DNA from: Antedon mediterranea
Lineage: Eukaryota > Animalia > Echinodermata
Direction of reading: 5' to 3'
Assembly (NCBI RefSeq): GCF_964355755.1
Contig: NC_092676.1
Span: 27,174,871 to 27,238,870 of the forward strand
Length of the DNA: 64,000 nucleotides
The stretch's first letter is position 1. The number at the start of each line of letters is the position of its first letter. Position numbers and translations under genes: made by a program. Below the pieces are notes generated by a model. It was not told the origin of the DNA, did no database searches, and was given only the letters and a program-made list of their open reading frames with translations. Below are positions 48,701 to 62,953 of this stretch, in pieces.

Positions 48701-51700
48701 ATTTTATATTTCTTCTTGGTTGGTTACGAACTGTTTCATCACGATATATTGAAATTATAAATTAATTTTGTTAGTTGTTTCAACCAAGTTGTTTCACGCG
48801 ATCGTCATCATGGTCATTAACGCACTCTTTTGGACAAAAGCAGGCGGTAACAGATATTAGTCTAGAACAATAACGCTCTGCATGCATCAGAAACCCCAGC
48901 AATAATGATACTCGCTTTTACCTATTGTTTACCGCGAGGTACAAGTGTTAAAAACAGCCTTTGTGGTCAAATAAAGTAAAAACCATAAAGACAGCGTCAT
49001 GCTTCACTGAACATAGAATTAATGCATCACATTGCAGACAATGATAGCCCATAAGTTGGCAGGATATGAGGAGAATTTCACTCAATTTGGTTAGATTTTT
49101 ATAACATGGGCTGGTAATATTCCAACTGATAAATTATCTAATAAATGCTTTCTCATGATTTCAATGAATTAACGTTGATGGACTTGACCGATGATGGTTG
49201 TATTATCGTAATTTTTTTGATAAACGGTTACGTTGTGCTACCATTGCACTATGGGGGATTGCAAGTCATTTTTCTACCGGTCTGATTGACCGCAGATGAC
49301 AGCTTGGCATAAACTGACATGTTGATGGCCAAACCGTGCTGGTCAAAGCAGATGAACAAACCGGCAAATATAGGTCTGCTTTTATTCGCATTACATAGCA
49401 GGTGATAGAATCGTCAACGATTCAGAGATGAATTACTTACGCACGAAAACATGTATTGTCTTTAAGCATATGAAATGCTGACGGGCACTCGAACACATGC
49501 ATATTTTCCCAGGCTTAGTATTGTAGCCGATGTGCAGAAATAGCATAAATGACTTTTCACTTCGGTGAACAAAAAATAATTGACACCCCACGGTGTTCGG
49601 TGGCCTTGTGGTGTTACGAAACAGACAGCAAAATATTGCATTATTTTGAATAACTAAGAGATATTAAAAGCTTTAACAACAAAAAAAGATGACTTATAAA
49701 ATAGTGCTGAACCCAATAGAACGTGCTCCTAAAATAACACAATAAAAGAAGACATGTGCCTTAAATAATATAACAATATACTTGTAACATAAATGGTACT
49801 TAATCATTCTTGTCTTTATAATGTATTATTATAGCCACAGAAGACAGCATTACCTCTTAATATATTATCTTAATAATATTTTATTACCGAAATAAATATA
49901 GATAATCTTGAACCTGATATAGATCTAACTAAATGATGCGATTTACATTATGATATTACTGTATTGTCATATGAATCCATAGACCAAAGATCTTATTATA
50001 ACATATAATATATACTTGATATTTTATGTTATGTTCCGGACTTCAATAATAATGAAAATACACACTTCAAATATGTATAGTGGTTTTAGATGTTTTATTC
50101 TCACTCCTTTATATCTACACATGTGCTCGGTCTTATTTATCTTCATCGGACGTTATGTCTTGTATATTTGGAGGGTTACATTATGAACAATATAGAAAAT
50201 GCTTATCTCAATTAGTGCATAGAAAACGGCCCTTAAAAAAATGTATAAAATGTCTACATTCGGTCTAACAAAATGCTGTATCGATGAAAACTTGACTACT
50301 ATAGCTAGTACAAAAGAACACAATTACATATTTTTATCACCATTCCTCTATAGTAACTAAATTACTTAACATAATATTAGAAAAACATAGTGAGAAAGTA
50401 TTATTTAAGTGACTACTGTAATTTAGAGTGAGTTAATTTAAAATTTGTTTTATTATCGGGCATGTTATATACTACTACTACCACGGGCAAGCCACTTTCC
50501 TTTATTCTATCCTATCGCTAACTTTGTAAAGAAACGACATACAATTACATGTTAAAATGAATGATTATTATACCAAGTACTATAGCATTACTTGTAATTG
50601 GCGTTCTACTTGAAACATTTGCGTTAGTAGTGAAATACTCTATTTTGTTTAAAACATAAAGGTAAAGTGTTGCTTAAAATTAGGCCTATGTTTCTATCAA
50701 CAAACAAGACGTAAAAATTATTTTAATAAAAATATTTAATTTTTAACAAAATCTTCAATATTGGATAGAAAACTCGTCATTTCAGTAGCCGTTAAAATGT
50801 TTAATTGTTTATTTGTCCCAATTTAACGACTGTTTTTTCTAAAATGTTCTTTGCGGAAAGTGCATCGTTGATTGTAGAACAGAGTTTGCGTCGTCGCAGT
50901 TATGTATGTTCGAAAATTACGGTCTAATTAGTTTACTTCTTTGGTTTTGTTGATTCAGCTTTTCATTTGCATACATACTAATGGATCACATGACCTAATG
51001 GACTCGAGGGAATAGGAATTTGTCGCAACTCAAATTTAAAGCCAAGTCGATCGGAAAACCGGGACCAGGCCAGCCAAATATTTGATAAACTCCAAACTAA
51101 CTGAATGAAATTTCAATCTTGTTTTTCTATCGGTTTAAATTAAATGAAACGGTAAGATTGTGTACTCAGAAATCAATTAAATATGTTAATTAAAAAATAA
51201 TTGTTGATATGGGCCCAATTATTAGTAAATTAGTAACAATTACCAATACTAGCATACTGTACTATAAATAAAAATGTACCGTGATAAATTCTAAATATTT
51301 TTGTTAAAAAGTCTTTATTATCAGAAATACAGTATTTAATATTTAGTGATTTTATTAATGATTAGCATGTGTCAGAATTGTATTCTACCAGCAAATGTAA
51401 TCAATATCATTAAGAATTAAAAATACATCACTGATTAATAACTTTAAAGAATTTTAACTGTTGATTGTTTAATAAAAAGTATATAAATATTGTTTTTTCA
51501 ATGTAAGGATAGTTTGAATGGAAAAACTTTCGTAAGTTGACAGACTTTACTACAGTATCAGCAAAGAAAAACACACAAACGCAACTAAAAAAGATTAAAG
51601 TGTAATTTAAAACCATGGCATTTATTCAGCCACAGCTTTCTATAAGTGCTGCAAATTATCGCAAGAGGGACAGCGTAATATTTTAGCACAAGATCCAATG

Positions 51701-54700
51701 TTGGAAAAACCCATCGGGGACTTCTGTACGTAACATGAGACATGCCTTCTGGTCATAGCGTTACACTGGATGCGATCTTTGAACAGCCGACGAGGGAACT
51801 CATCCCAGATTTCATAGATATTGAAATACGTAGATGCAATAGGCGTCTACGAGATCCAGTGTAACATGAATACTATTTTGTTCTTTTTTCATAAAGAAAT
51901 AACTAGATATATGGTAAAGTTACATAATTCGTTTGAAGATAATTTACAGTTTAGTAAAACAAGAATTTATTTTTATAGTAAATGTTTAGAATTCTGAACA
52001 CTTTGGGACTAAGACTTATAATTACCTTTTTTATTATCTTACAAAAACACTCTTATTTTTGCAGTCATTCCTACTTTTTTTTTAAAAGTGCTTATATTAT
52101 CATTTTGGTACAATATAACAACCTAATACAGCTATATGAATTTTTTTAGGTCATGTTTTGTAGTAAAAATCAAATTATATTTTCATTAATAGGTTATGGT
52201 CAAGAAATAAATGATTAATTTGTTACTATATACTATCTATAAAATTCGCCAAATGAAATTCTTTACACACATATCCACATACAAAATACAGTATTTCATG
52301 GTAATGTTGATGCCTATTTGGCATTATAACGGCGGCATGGTATCATTACTGTAGTATATAGTATTTAAGTGTGGCCACTTTATTTTTTATTGGGTAAACG
52401 GCAAGACATCATAGAATTGTGGCATCTTTATTGCACGACTCTTTTCGCATTATTCATTCTGCCAAAGGCTAAATTTCTTGAAATAATTGCTCCTCACGTT
52501 TTTGACATGAAAAGTGCTGTTGAATGCACAAAATCCCCCGTACGATAACCTCATTTTACATCGCAAATTTACTATTAAAAAATTGCCATAAAATTATTTT
52601 TATTGATTTTATAATTTGCTTGTAATAGACAATATTTATTCTGTAAAGATAGTAAATAAATCATCACAAATACAAACTGATGAAAAAGGCAACTTTGTAA
52701 ATATAACTATTTTTGCTGCAAAATAATTCAGCAGTAATTTTTAATTATTTTTGTAGTAGACAGCATATAATGCTATTTTTTGCTTAGCTGTCAGCGTTAT
52801 TTGTGTAGAGAAAGTCGCATTGTAGCACACAAGGCCTGTAATGAGATCCTCAGTACTTGTGCTGGGTAATTTAATTAAACAGCAGTAATGCAGTTTGCTT
52901 GCAATACACAGTTCTGAGTACAAGACTACTCAATTCAATCATGAGCGGGGTGGAGAAGACAGAAGCGAATTGAAAGAATTGTACGTATTTACAGTTTGTT
53001 GGCATAGTATGGTAGTCAATTTAGGCTTATTAGTAAAAGAATGAGGCCGATGAACGAGTCACAAATGGTGTAAATTGACACTCGCAAATTCCATGAATAA
53101 AAGTGGAAACACAACCTCCTGGAATATCGTACATTATTCATTTTACTACAAAGCACCATAATAAAATCATGAAATGAGAAAAATATATATATATATTTTT
53201 TTAAATTTTGTATTATCTCTTTGATAAATTCTTATAAGTTTTATTTAATAATTTTACAAATAATTTATAACTTAATACAAATTATCAATTTCATAATACT
53301 GTACGTTAATTTTTCTATTATTTCCTTTTATTACAGAAAAAAAATGATGAATGAAAATATGTAGAGTACTAGTGTTTATAAATTGATTACTGAATTATGA
53401 GAATGTCAAGAATTCCATCAAAGAGGAAAGGATTGTAATGCCGACAATGAACCCAATGTGACAAGTGATATATATGGATAAAATATTGATTTCCAAGTTA
53501 ACGTATTGATTTGTATTAAGATGATAGCTTGATGGTTATAATACAACAAAAAAAAGAGAGAAATACCAAATGTCTGCCAAACTGTAAGTAATTAGCGATT
53601 CTAAAGCAATAATTAGTATTAAAGACTATATTTAAATTATGCACGAACTTCACACTCCCTAGCAGTAGACAGCTCGCCGCACACCACATAACTGCTTATG
53701 ACTAATTAATAGCAAAAATGGAAATAGACGAAGATGAAAAAATACAAATGTGAATAAATTATTTCTTAAGTTGTATCCTAAAGATATTTTTTATGTTTGG
53801 AAGTTACATCATGTATATTTTGGATTTTGTTCATTTGGATTACAGATTTAATATACTTGTTAATTACCAGAAATCTATTAATAAAATACTAATTTCATAC
53901 ATTTTGAAATATAATTTTTATAATGTTTTTAAAACAAATTTTCAGTCAAAATAAAATAACTTCATGGAAATATTGTTCTGGTAGCCTAAAACTCTTCAAG
54001 TTCAAAATATTTCTTCTCTCAGATGAAGCATAAAATTTGTAAAGAGATGAGGAAACATAGATTATTTGAAATAGTTCATAAAATTATTAAATATTAAAAT
54101 CGGAATTTTTCACTTAGGAGCAATAAATGATTGTCCTGGAGAAATAGACCTCCTCCATTTAAAGTTTTACTTCGTAAAATTAATAATTACCATAGTCAAT
54201 AATGAAGAGTGGCAAGTTATTTTTCTAGATCTCTCTAAAACTTAAAATTCATTAAAAAAAAATTCAAACATTTATTTTAATTTCCTGCATAAATTTGAAA
54301 ATGTTACATATTTTTTTAATGAACATTTTCTTCAATTCCGGTGATATTCTGCATATATAATAGATTAGGATAGATACCAAAAAAAAATTTTATTTTATGA
54401 TATATTTTCAGGAATAAATTGTACATATTTTCATAATCATCATTAAATAAACCTTGTACATGAATTGAAATTCAAAGCGATTTCTTAACATACCATTTCT
54501 TAATGTTAGCGCGTTGACTTAAAACAATTATGCTAAATAATGTAACGCTTTTACCTTGGCTATTTATCGTTTAGTTACTCTAAACTACACTAGTATGTGA
54601 ATAAAAGGTGAACCCAGCCGTATTCAACAATCTCATTATCGTGAATATATTGCAACAATTTATACAAGATCGACGAACCCATTCGCACTGTTAGTACATA

Positions 54701-55376
54701 TTGGAGACATAATTGCAGGCTTACATTACTTTAGTGTGAAACTGCAGCCTAATATACAATATAGGTCTCGGAGTGAACAAAACAATAACTACAGTATAGT
54801 ATATAACTTACTGTATTTAGAAAAGTGTCAAACTCTACAGTATGTGACTACCGCAACATTTTTATTGAAGTAGTGAAATTGTTATTATTTTAAGTTTTTA
54901 TATTCAAATAAATATTTGTGTGGTTAACTTGTCATTTTCAACTTTTTAAGTGGTATTATTAATCATAAAAAAAAGTTATCGTGGCTTTTAATATCAGCTC
55001 TAATAAGCAAAATAGAATTTGGCTAGTCTTGGACATAAATTTTACGTTCTAAGTAGTCAGTACTAACGACCAATGTAAAAGAAAGGATTTTGAAAAAAAC
55101 ATTTGGCTGGTTTAGTCCTATACAGTAGCATTCTCACAAAACTTGGCATATACTGTATGACGCATACATGAACCATCATGACTGTGAGTCCTTCAGATTG
55201 AATATTAAGCTGTTGAGTCTTTATAATGTAGGATACTGAATGTGTGGTAAAACCTAAAACTTTTGCCAAAAACATGTATTTCTTAGCAATGTTTGAGGTA
55301 ATTGTTACATTTGTGTTACATTAGTACAAAGTTCAACAAAAAAAGTGTTGCAATTCAAATGAAAGAAATATAAAAT

Positions 55377-55421
55377 AAAGGTCATAATGCAAAGGTTAAA
55401 GGTCATAATGCAAAGGTTAAA
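55377..55421. repeat. 21 bp tandem duplication
   Basis: AAAGGTCATAATGCAAAGGTT twice. Confidence 0.75.
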
Positions 55422-58400
55422 TACCAAAATGCAACAACAAGCAAAGAATGAATTGATGAAAGAAAATAATCATGATGTTCAAAACATTTTCGAATTCCTA
55501 GAAAATTTGAATGATTTGTTTAGTTTGTGAAATTATGCGATATTTGTTTGCTATGTATTTTTTGGAAAATATGACTTTGTTTGCCAGCTGCAAATATGCT
55601 AGATAATACTGAATATTGGGTTATTAAAAGCGGTTTTAAAGTTGTCTTTGTTTCCAATTATATTTTTGTTTTATCTACATTTTATGATAGCAAAGTTTGA
55701 TACAAAGAGAGTTAATTCATTCAAGTAATCTGGAAATTCCCGATCATCATGATTATTTCCTTCATTCAAAAGATCTTTTAGACAAACATAAAAAACTACA
55801 ACAATATACAGACAGAACAGCTTGTAGTAATGGTTTACTACTATAAGCTTTAAGCTGGTAATAATAAAGAGAGCAAGTCAGCAAAGATAGGTAAACACAA
55901 AAGTTGTATGTAATACAATTACTCACCGCTTCTGTCCTTTGATACCAGCTCTGAAAACAGAGAGGGGGAGAATGGTTTTTGTTTACATGTGTTTTCTTAG
56001 AGTTTTTAAACAAGATTAATCTCATACTACATTAGCTGTACACTGAATAGGAAACTGGTACTATAGTAAACACCAGTTATTGAACATTTTAAACAAAATT
56101 AAGCCAAAAAACTTTTAAAATGAAAATTTATATCATGAATTGTTTTTTGAATTTTTGTTTAGAAATTTTTGCACCAAAATTTATATACCATTAATGTTTG
56201 TTTCCTTATTTGGTAATTTTTGTACCAATATGAAAATAAACATGGGGTTTTTATTGTATAATACTTCTGTGAGTAAGGAATTTGTAATTGTATTACTATA
56301 CTTATTCCAAAATAACAGGCAAGTTGATTACTTTAAAAACATCTGATTAACATACAAAATATTAGTATGACACCAGTTCAATGCACATCTTAGCAGCGGT
56401 ACAAAACATTATATAATTATATTATAATAATAAATAAAAATATTTCAAGCAATTATAATATTGCATATTAAAAATACTACAAAGATACAACAATTTATTG
56501 TAATAAAAAATGGTAAAATACAGGATATTATAGAGTATATTATTGCAACAAAAAGCAATAAAAAAACGGTGTTAAAATGATTTGAATAGTCGGACTGTGT
56601 TTACCTTTGATTAATAATATATCTATAAAAACTGCGTTATCTATGTTAAACTTGCATACTGTGTATAATCAAGGTTTAATTTTTGAATATATAATACTAT
56701 TTAAATATATTTATCATAATGATTCTTATGATTTATTTAGTTATGCCAAAATACACAAAGATTATATCACTATCTTGTCTGTATTCGTCCAATTTATTAT
56801 GTACAGTACATACTCTAGTAGTGAAAAATTATTTTTCATTTCTATTTTAAAATAAAGACTAATAATAGTTGTAATATACTTTATGGATGTAGTAAAAATC
56901 AATACTTTACTTTGTCTAAAAAGTTTCCGTGAAAAAAATATTTATAAATAATGATTCCTATTTTAAAATATCTTACTGTAGGCCTTATATGTAGTTTTTT
57001 AAATGGTTGGAAGACTAGAATAATACTCTACATGCTTGTTCAAAATATATAGTGAAGAATTAAAGTTAACAATAGATGTGAGGAAGTGTTGTAAAGGTGT
57101 CAAAAACATGGTCTATTCAATGAATACTTGCACTAGTCAAACACTATACACTATAAGTACAGGTACTACCTCCTTAAACAATAGCTTACCATATAATTAT
57201 AACACTGAATTGCCAAATATAACAGGTATTCTTAAACACATGGGCCTACACATTTTACTTTAAATAGTATAATTATATTTTTTTCTTTTTTAAAAAGATA
57301 TAGCCTAGGATCTATATTATTTTTTAAAAAGAATTATAGTTAGGACTAATATTTTTTTTGTAAACTTACAGTCTCTCAATGTCATCACATTGAGGTGCTG
57401 TACTACACATGTAATCATTTCTTTAATAATTAATAATAGTTAATAATTATAATTCTTATAACTTGGTAGATAGATGTATTATTTTGGAAATATATGTAAA
57501 CAAGATAACTCCTACAACTTAACTGTTAAATACGCTACAATTTATAGTTACATCTTAATAAGCTAACTAACTACCAATACCATATTGATTTTTTCGACAG
57601 TAATTCCAACACACAACGGTGGAAAATCAATTCCTAACCAAATAAAGAGTAAAGTCAAAACGATGACTCTCTAACCCTTTGAGTTCTCATAGAAAGAAGA
57701 GAAAAAAAATTATCAGACTAGCCCATCAATGACAGAATATTAAAACGAATACTTCAAAATTTTGAATTATTGCGTATATTAATGTTTGATGGTGTCAAGT
57801 CTATGAATAACTATAGCTAGGACTCAAACTCTGCAACTTAAAAAACAATTTATTTTCAATCACGCAACATTTAGGTTTAATTTTATGACTAGAAATTTCC
57901 CATATTAATTGAATGTTACACTTTTGCAGTAGAAATTCTCCTTAATGCTGGTTATTTGTAAGTAACAAGGGGTGGAAAATTATCTCACCTCGTATAATAG
58001 GAAAATTATTATAATTTAAGTGGTATTTAAGAATAAATTTTTTTTTTATGCAGAAAGAAGAATTTTTAATTTATAGTGAATTCTTTATTTAATTTTTTTT
58101 ACTCTAATGCATCATAGTGCCTATTACAGTACACTATATTTTCAAAACAATTATTTATAGTTTAGCTGACTGTACAATTGAAATAAAATAACATCCGTTA
58201 TTGAGCCGTTTAAATTTCACTGGCGTATGTAAATCAATAATAATAAGTTTAATTTGACTGACTAATTTATCAATGTTGATACGAGAGAAAAAATGTGTAA
58301 AATAAATAATTTAGCAAAAATTGCATAAATATAGCGCAATTGTAATATTTATACTCTTTTATGTGATTGAATTGGCGTACATTAGAAGACCTAATAATAT

Positions 58401-58434
58401 CAATAGCCTAGATATAAACAGTTTTTGTGCTTAC

Positions 58435-59383
58435 CTGCTAATCTCAGTGCCGACATTCGTTGATACTCGGGTTCCTGCAACCATTTGGACATCCTCCTGA
58501 AGGTCTCTCTACCAGACTTCAACTTACTCCATGGCTTTGGGTTCCGTAACAAGTCCGACAAAGTACCCTGACTCCGACATAACACACGTTGAGCAAAAAC
58601 CGCTTGTGGTATGCTGTATCGCTTTAGTTCACTTGTAACCCTCTGCGCAACTTCCTTAGTGTTTATTTCTTCACCATCGCTTCCCGTACTTGATCGTGAT
58701 CCAGTGTTCCTCTCACGTGTACTAACCGCCAAACCGGGAGGCGTTCCACCGAGGTGATGTACACCGTTTATGACCATTGGACTTTGAAGGGACGGTCGTT
58801 GCGATTGCGGTTGTAAATTACGCACAGAATGATTGCCTGTGTATTGTTCATACCCGTTTACACCATAACGCGTGTCTTGCGAGGAGCAGTATGTACCCAT
58901 TTGCGTATAACCGTTTAACATTGAATTGGGCGCCATTCCGCCACCCATGCTCATACTCATACCCATGTTCATGGCTCCAAGCTTATCATATTGATGATAA
59001 TTGTTCATTTGTAAGTTACTAGAATGGTTTAACATAAAACTGCTGCCGATGTTGCTAGGCTCATGCCTAAATCTATCAGACACCGTTGATATGGGTGGCA
59101 ACGGTTGCAGAGGGGTTAACGTTGTGTAACTTGATGCACTTGAAATAGGTTGAAACGAGGACAAGGAAGTCATTCCGTAATCGGATCGAAAATCAGCCGG
59201 TGGTTCCAACATGGTGCTAAACGAAGATAATGCAGGATAAGAACCAATTGGGGTTTTAATATCGGTATTAGAAAGAAAGATGTCCGAGGAAGAAAGGTGG
59301 CCTGAAAGGCCTACGTGATCAGGATGCAAGGCCGAAGACGGTTCACTAATCGAATCGAGAGCTGTGATATCGCTCGAGATCAT
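58435..59383 (-). CDS. ONECUT: ONECUT/HNF6 coding exon 1 (TP box and CUT domain)
   Basis: First in-frame ATG at 59383 (MISSDITAL). TP box YTTLTPLQPLPPISTVSDRF. CUT domain EEINTKEVAQRVTSELKRYSIPQAVFAQRVLCRSQGTLSDLLRNPKPWSKLKSGRETFRRM. Donor G|gtaagc after RLA. Confidence 0.95.
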
Positions 59384-59559
59384 CAGGCCTACCGTACAGT
59401 GCGACTCTGTAACCAAGGAGTAAACAAGCGAACGATCTTCGGGGATGATAAAGCGGTTGATTTCAGGTCACCGCGCGTTCTCTGTAGCCTACAGCATAGC
59501 TTTTTGTACTTACAGTGGGAGAATTGTACTTGTCTTGCCTTTTTTCCAAAGCTTCTCTT

Positions 59560-59780
59560 CCATGTTATTATTTAGTCAGCTGCCTTGAGTCCCATCACCA
59601 TACCCGCCGCGTTGTATTGCCATGCGCATTACAAATTATCGGTCAGTGCGCAGACTCAAAATCTGTCAATTTTCATAATAATACTTGCTACTGGTATTAC
59701 GCATACTGAATTGTCCAATCAGCGACGAGTATCTACTGAGTTTTTCGGTTCCCTTGCCGAAAACCCACTGAGATGTGTTT
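59560..59780 (-). promoter_or_regulatory. Probable ONECUT 5' UTR / proximal promoter
   Basis: GC- and CpG-enriched stretch just upstream of the CDS, with CCAATCAG at about 59715. The TSS cannot be located from sequence alone. Confidence 0.35.
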
Positions 59781-62700
59781 ATGAATGAGAAAGCTACAAT
59801 GAAAACAACTCACTCGTGAAAAACGTTTCATGGTTGAGAGCAGTTCATCAAATTTGAATATCCTTCCTTGATTGAGACTTGATTACTAAAACGAAACTGC
59901 TATATTTGTTTTCTTGTAATAGATTCACCTTGTATTTTCTCTTGGCAGTGGTAACATTTTACAATAGCACCCCGATTAACAAAACCATATGCATTCCATT
60001 TTTCATTTCTATATCACCGTCGCTATCCATTCAAACAATATCCCCATAGCAACCAATCATTTCGCTATTGTTCCATTTTTTCTGCCTCCTCTGTTTTTCA
60101 AAATGCAATATCCACACAAAGCAAAACGCTTTAATTTTAGTTATAACCAACTATTTATTATTAGTACTGTTATTACAAAACATATTATCCAAATTTCAAT
60201 AAATGACATTTATAATTACACAGACAGGCATTTGTATTATTATTTAAAAATCGAAAGTCATGATAACAGAGAATATCGACGAGCAAGTTATTTAATTCAA
60301 TTCGAAATTGATTTCCAATAAGATCGAAGTTAATGTGTAAGCATGCGAGTATTTCTTCCTTTAGTATTAAGCAATCAAACAGAGATAAATAAAGGGTGAC
60401 AATTAAGTCAAGTTTAGACAAATCATTTCACGTGCCTAAATTATTCTATTCTCTGTAAAATCATCGATAAAATTAACATAAATAGAATAATGCAATGTTT
60501 TTCAATGTTTAAATTATTACAATATTATAATTGACAGTTTTTGATTGGTTTTTCCTCAAAAGCCAATACTTTCAACAGCTGTTTAGTTTAATGCGTACTA
60601 TTTATTACTACTAGTAGTCGCGTCCAGTACGCACTTCCGTTACGCTGCGTTCTATACGCATACGCGCATCCGATCACGCACGCGCTCATTAATATGCACT
60701 TCCGTTTTACGCATCAATAATAATAGTTTGATGAACTCAGCAGTACTACCGTACAGTACTTTTGTTTATATTTTTATGAATATTTTTGCCTTTATAGATC
60801 TTTATTTATTTAATTATATAGAAAGTAAAGTATTTACATTTAGTTAATTTACCCTTATATATTACTATACAGTGATTGTTATTGCTATTATATATTGCAT
60901 AGGCCTACACGTTGTATATAGCAGTAGATAAAACAATATCAAGGAGCATACGTACATGTCTGCTATGACATCACAGCAGGCTAAGGATGAGTGACAAATG
61001 ATAGCAAAGTAATTATCAATTGCATTTATTCTGCCATTAAGGATTGTTACTCTAATAAATCACAAACGTGGAATTCACACCAAACATATTTTATCGCGCC
61101 GAAGATTGTACTGGATTAATAGGCGCGAATCTATACTACTGCTTTGTGAAATAAAGATCGTGTATTTTTATTGTAAACAAGAGTTTTTAAAATAAGGGGT
61201 GGGGGTGCCTGTAGGCCTTCATTACTCCTCCCTCTGTCCTGGGAAATGCTTGTAAAGACAGTATTCGGTTTTTTTTACTAATTATGTTTAGTCAAGTTGA
61301 GACGTGTATGTTGGCGCTATAATACAACAAAATACAATGGTATACATAGGCTTAATTCTGTTTTTATTACTAAGTATTCAGCAAGTATATGATATCCCCT
61401 TTCCGCCAACAACCCATTCTACACATAAACGGAGGAGAAAAACCAGTTACCCCATAATCGGCATAGACCTTATAGGATCAAGTACTCTGCAAGCGATCCT
61501 ACTTCGGGAATGTCAAGTCGTCGAGGGCGGGCCTCGCATTATGCGAGGGGTTATATATCACTTGTGTGTCCGGTATTGCTTCCGCCTACGTATATTTCGG
61601 AAGTTATTGGTACCAATTGAAAACTTGTTAACTTAGCCGTTGATTTATGGCACGCGCTTCTAAGCATAGAGAGAAATAACCATGTTCACGATTTTCTATT
61701 AATTTTAAGTGATGTGGGACAGCCATTGGGACTATAACAGTTTGATGCAGATTTCCATACTTTTACAAACATAAGTGTAACATTAGATTATTTAGTATAA
61801 AATAATATATTAATTCTTTGTTTTAACTTAACTATTTTAAGTTACCACCAGAGACCGGTGCATATTCTCTGACTGTACAACCACCATTACATAAAATTAA
61901 TACAAAAACAGTTCTTATAACTTTATTCATAATGAGGCTTATACTTCACTATTAAAATTAAAATTCTAAATTTATTAATTTATTTCATAATACAATACGG
62001 CATTTTTTTCTCCATTTAGTCTATTGTACTTTATAATATTATTATATATTTACCGTATTTTATGTATATTTCTATTCATAGTGTTGAATGTTATTGTATT
62101 CGTATTTTTCAATAAGAGCATTTAGCTCAATTTAGCCCTGTTTTGTACTACTGTTGCAGTTTACAGAATTTATGATATAACAATTAGTTTGAATGTGAAT
62201 GTATTCATTACAATACCATTATCATGCTCATTAACAGTAGCATGAATAGTAACTATTATAATGAAAACAAAACATATATATTTTATTGATAACTTCTCTT
62301 GCTATTAAAACAACTTTTAATATGGCTTCCCATAGAAAACAATTTTAATCATTCAAGCCTTGAATTTCAACAACTTATACATTAATTTTATTACTTTTGT
62401 TGTTAGCCGTATTATTATTTATTGCAAATATAAATTACTATTGTTATTAATCAGTATCATTTATTGCAGAAATAATATATTCATTTAACCTCTTAAAAGA
62501 TCTGGTGACTTTGTTAATTATAGCATTAATTTGGTTAAATTAATTAGCAATTTTAATTTCAAAGTTTGTAATTATCTCGTAATAGTCTAGTTTAATAATG
62601 AACACCCTTCCCTGGTATTAAATAAAAGAAAGTGAATTTGTGGTATTTTTTTTCGAAAGTTAATGAATCATTTTATTTAAACAAGTTATTTACAGAAGCT

Positions 62701-62807
62701 ACTTCCGATAGCATCCAATTATTTATTGGCTTATTCTTTTGTATTGACGGTAAATAATTATAAAAATGAAGAAAGCGACATTTAAGATGTTTACGCTGGA
62801 GATAAGT

Positions 62808-62953
62808 AATCTGTTCCCACTAGGACGCAGCGCAAGGGAGTAAGCGCAACGCAAGTACTTTGACCAATCACGACGCGATGATCATCCGCGAACTGTCATT
62901 ATCTCGCTCGCGTGCGCTTTTTGAATTGCGTCCAAGTAGGAACGAAGCATTAA
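62808..62953. mobile_element. Probable small MITE family C
   Basis: Imperfect inverted ends GTTCCCACTAGGACGCA and TGCGTCCAAGTAGGAAC, GC-rich body, TAA near both ends. Confidence 0.5.

Noticed and set aside
58400-58434. GKHKNCLYLGY tail of the CUT ORF
   Set aside because: Lies past the canonical donor; splicing restores the conserved RLAACK.
59510-59563. ATG 59563 as the true ONECUT start
   Set aside because: Stops after 17 codons unspliced and is out of frame with the main ORF if spliced to 59406.
61304-61636. 110 aa ORF (and other short 60-110 aa ORFs between 21 and 62 kb)
   Set aside because: Non-ATG or weak starts, no recognisable domain and no consistent splice chain.
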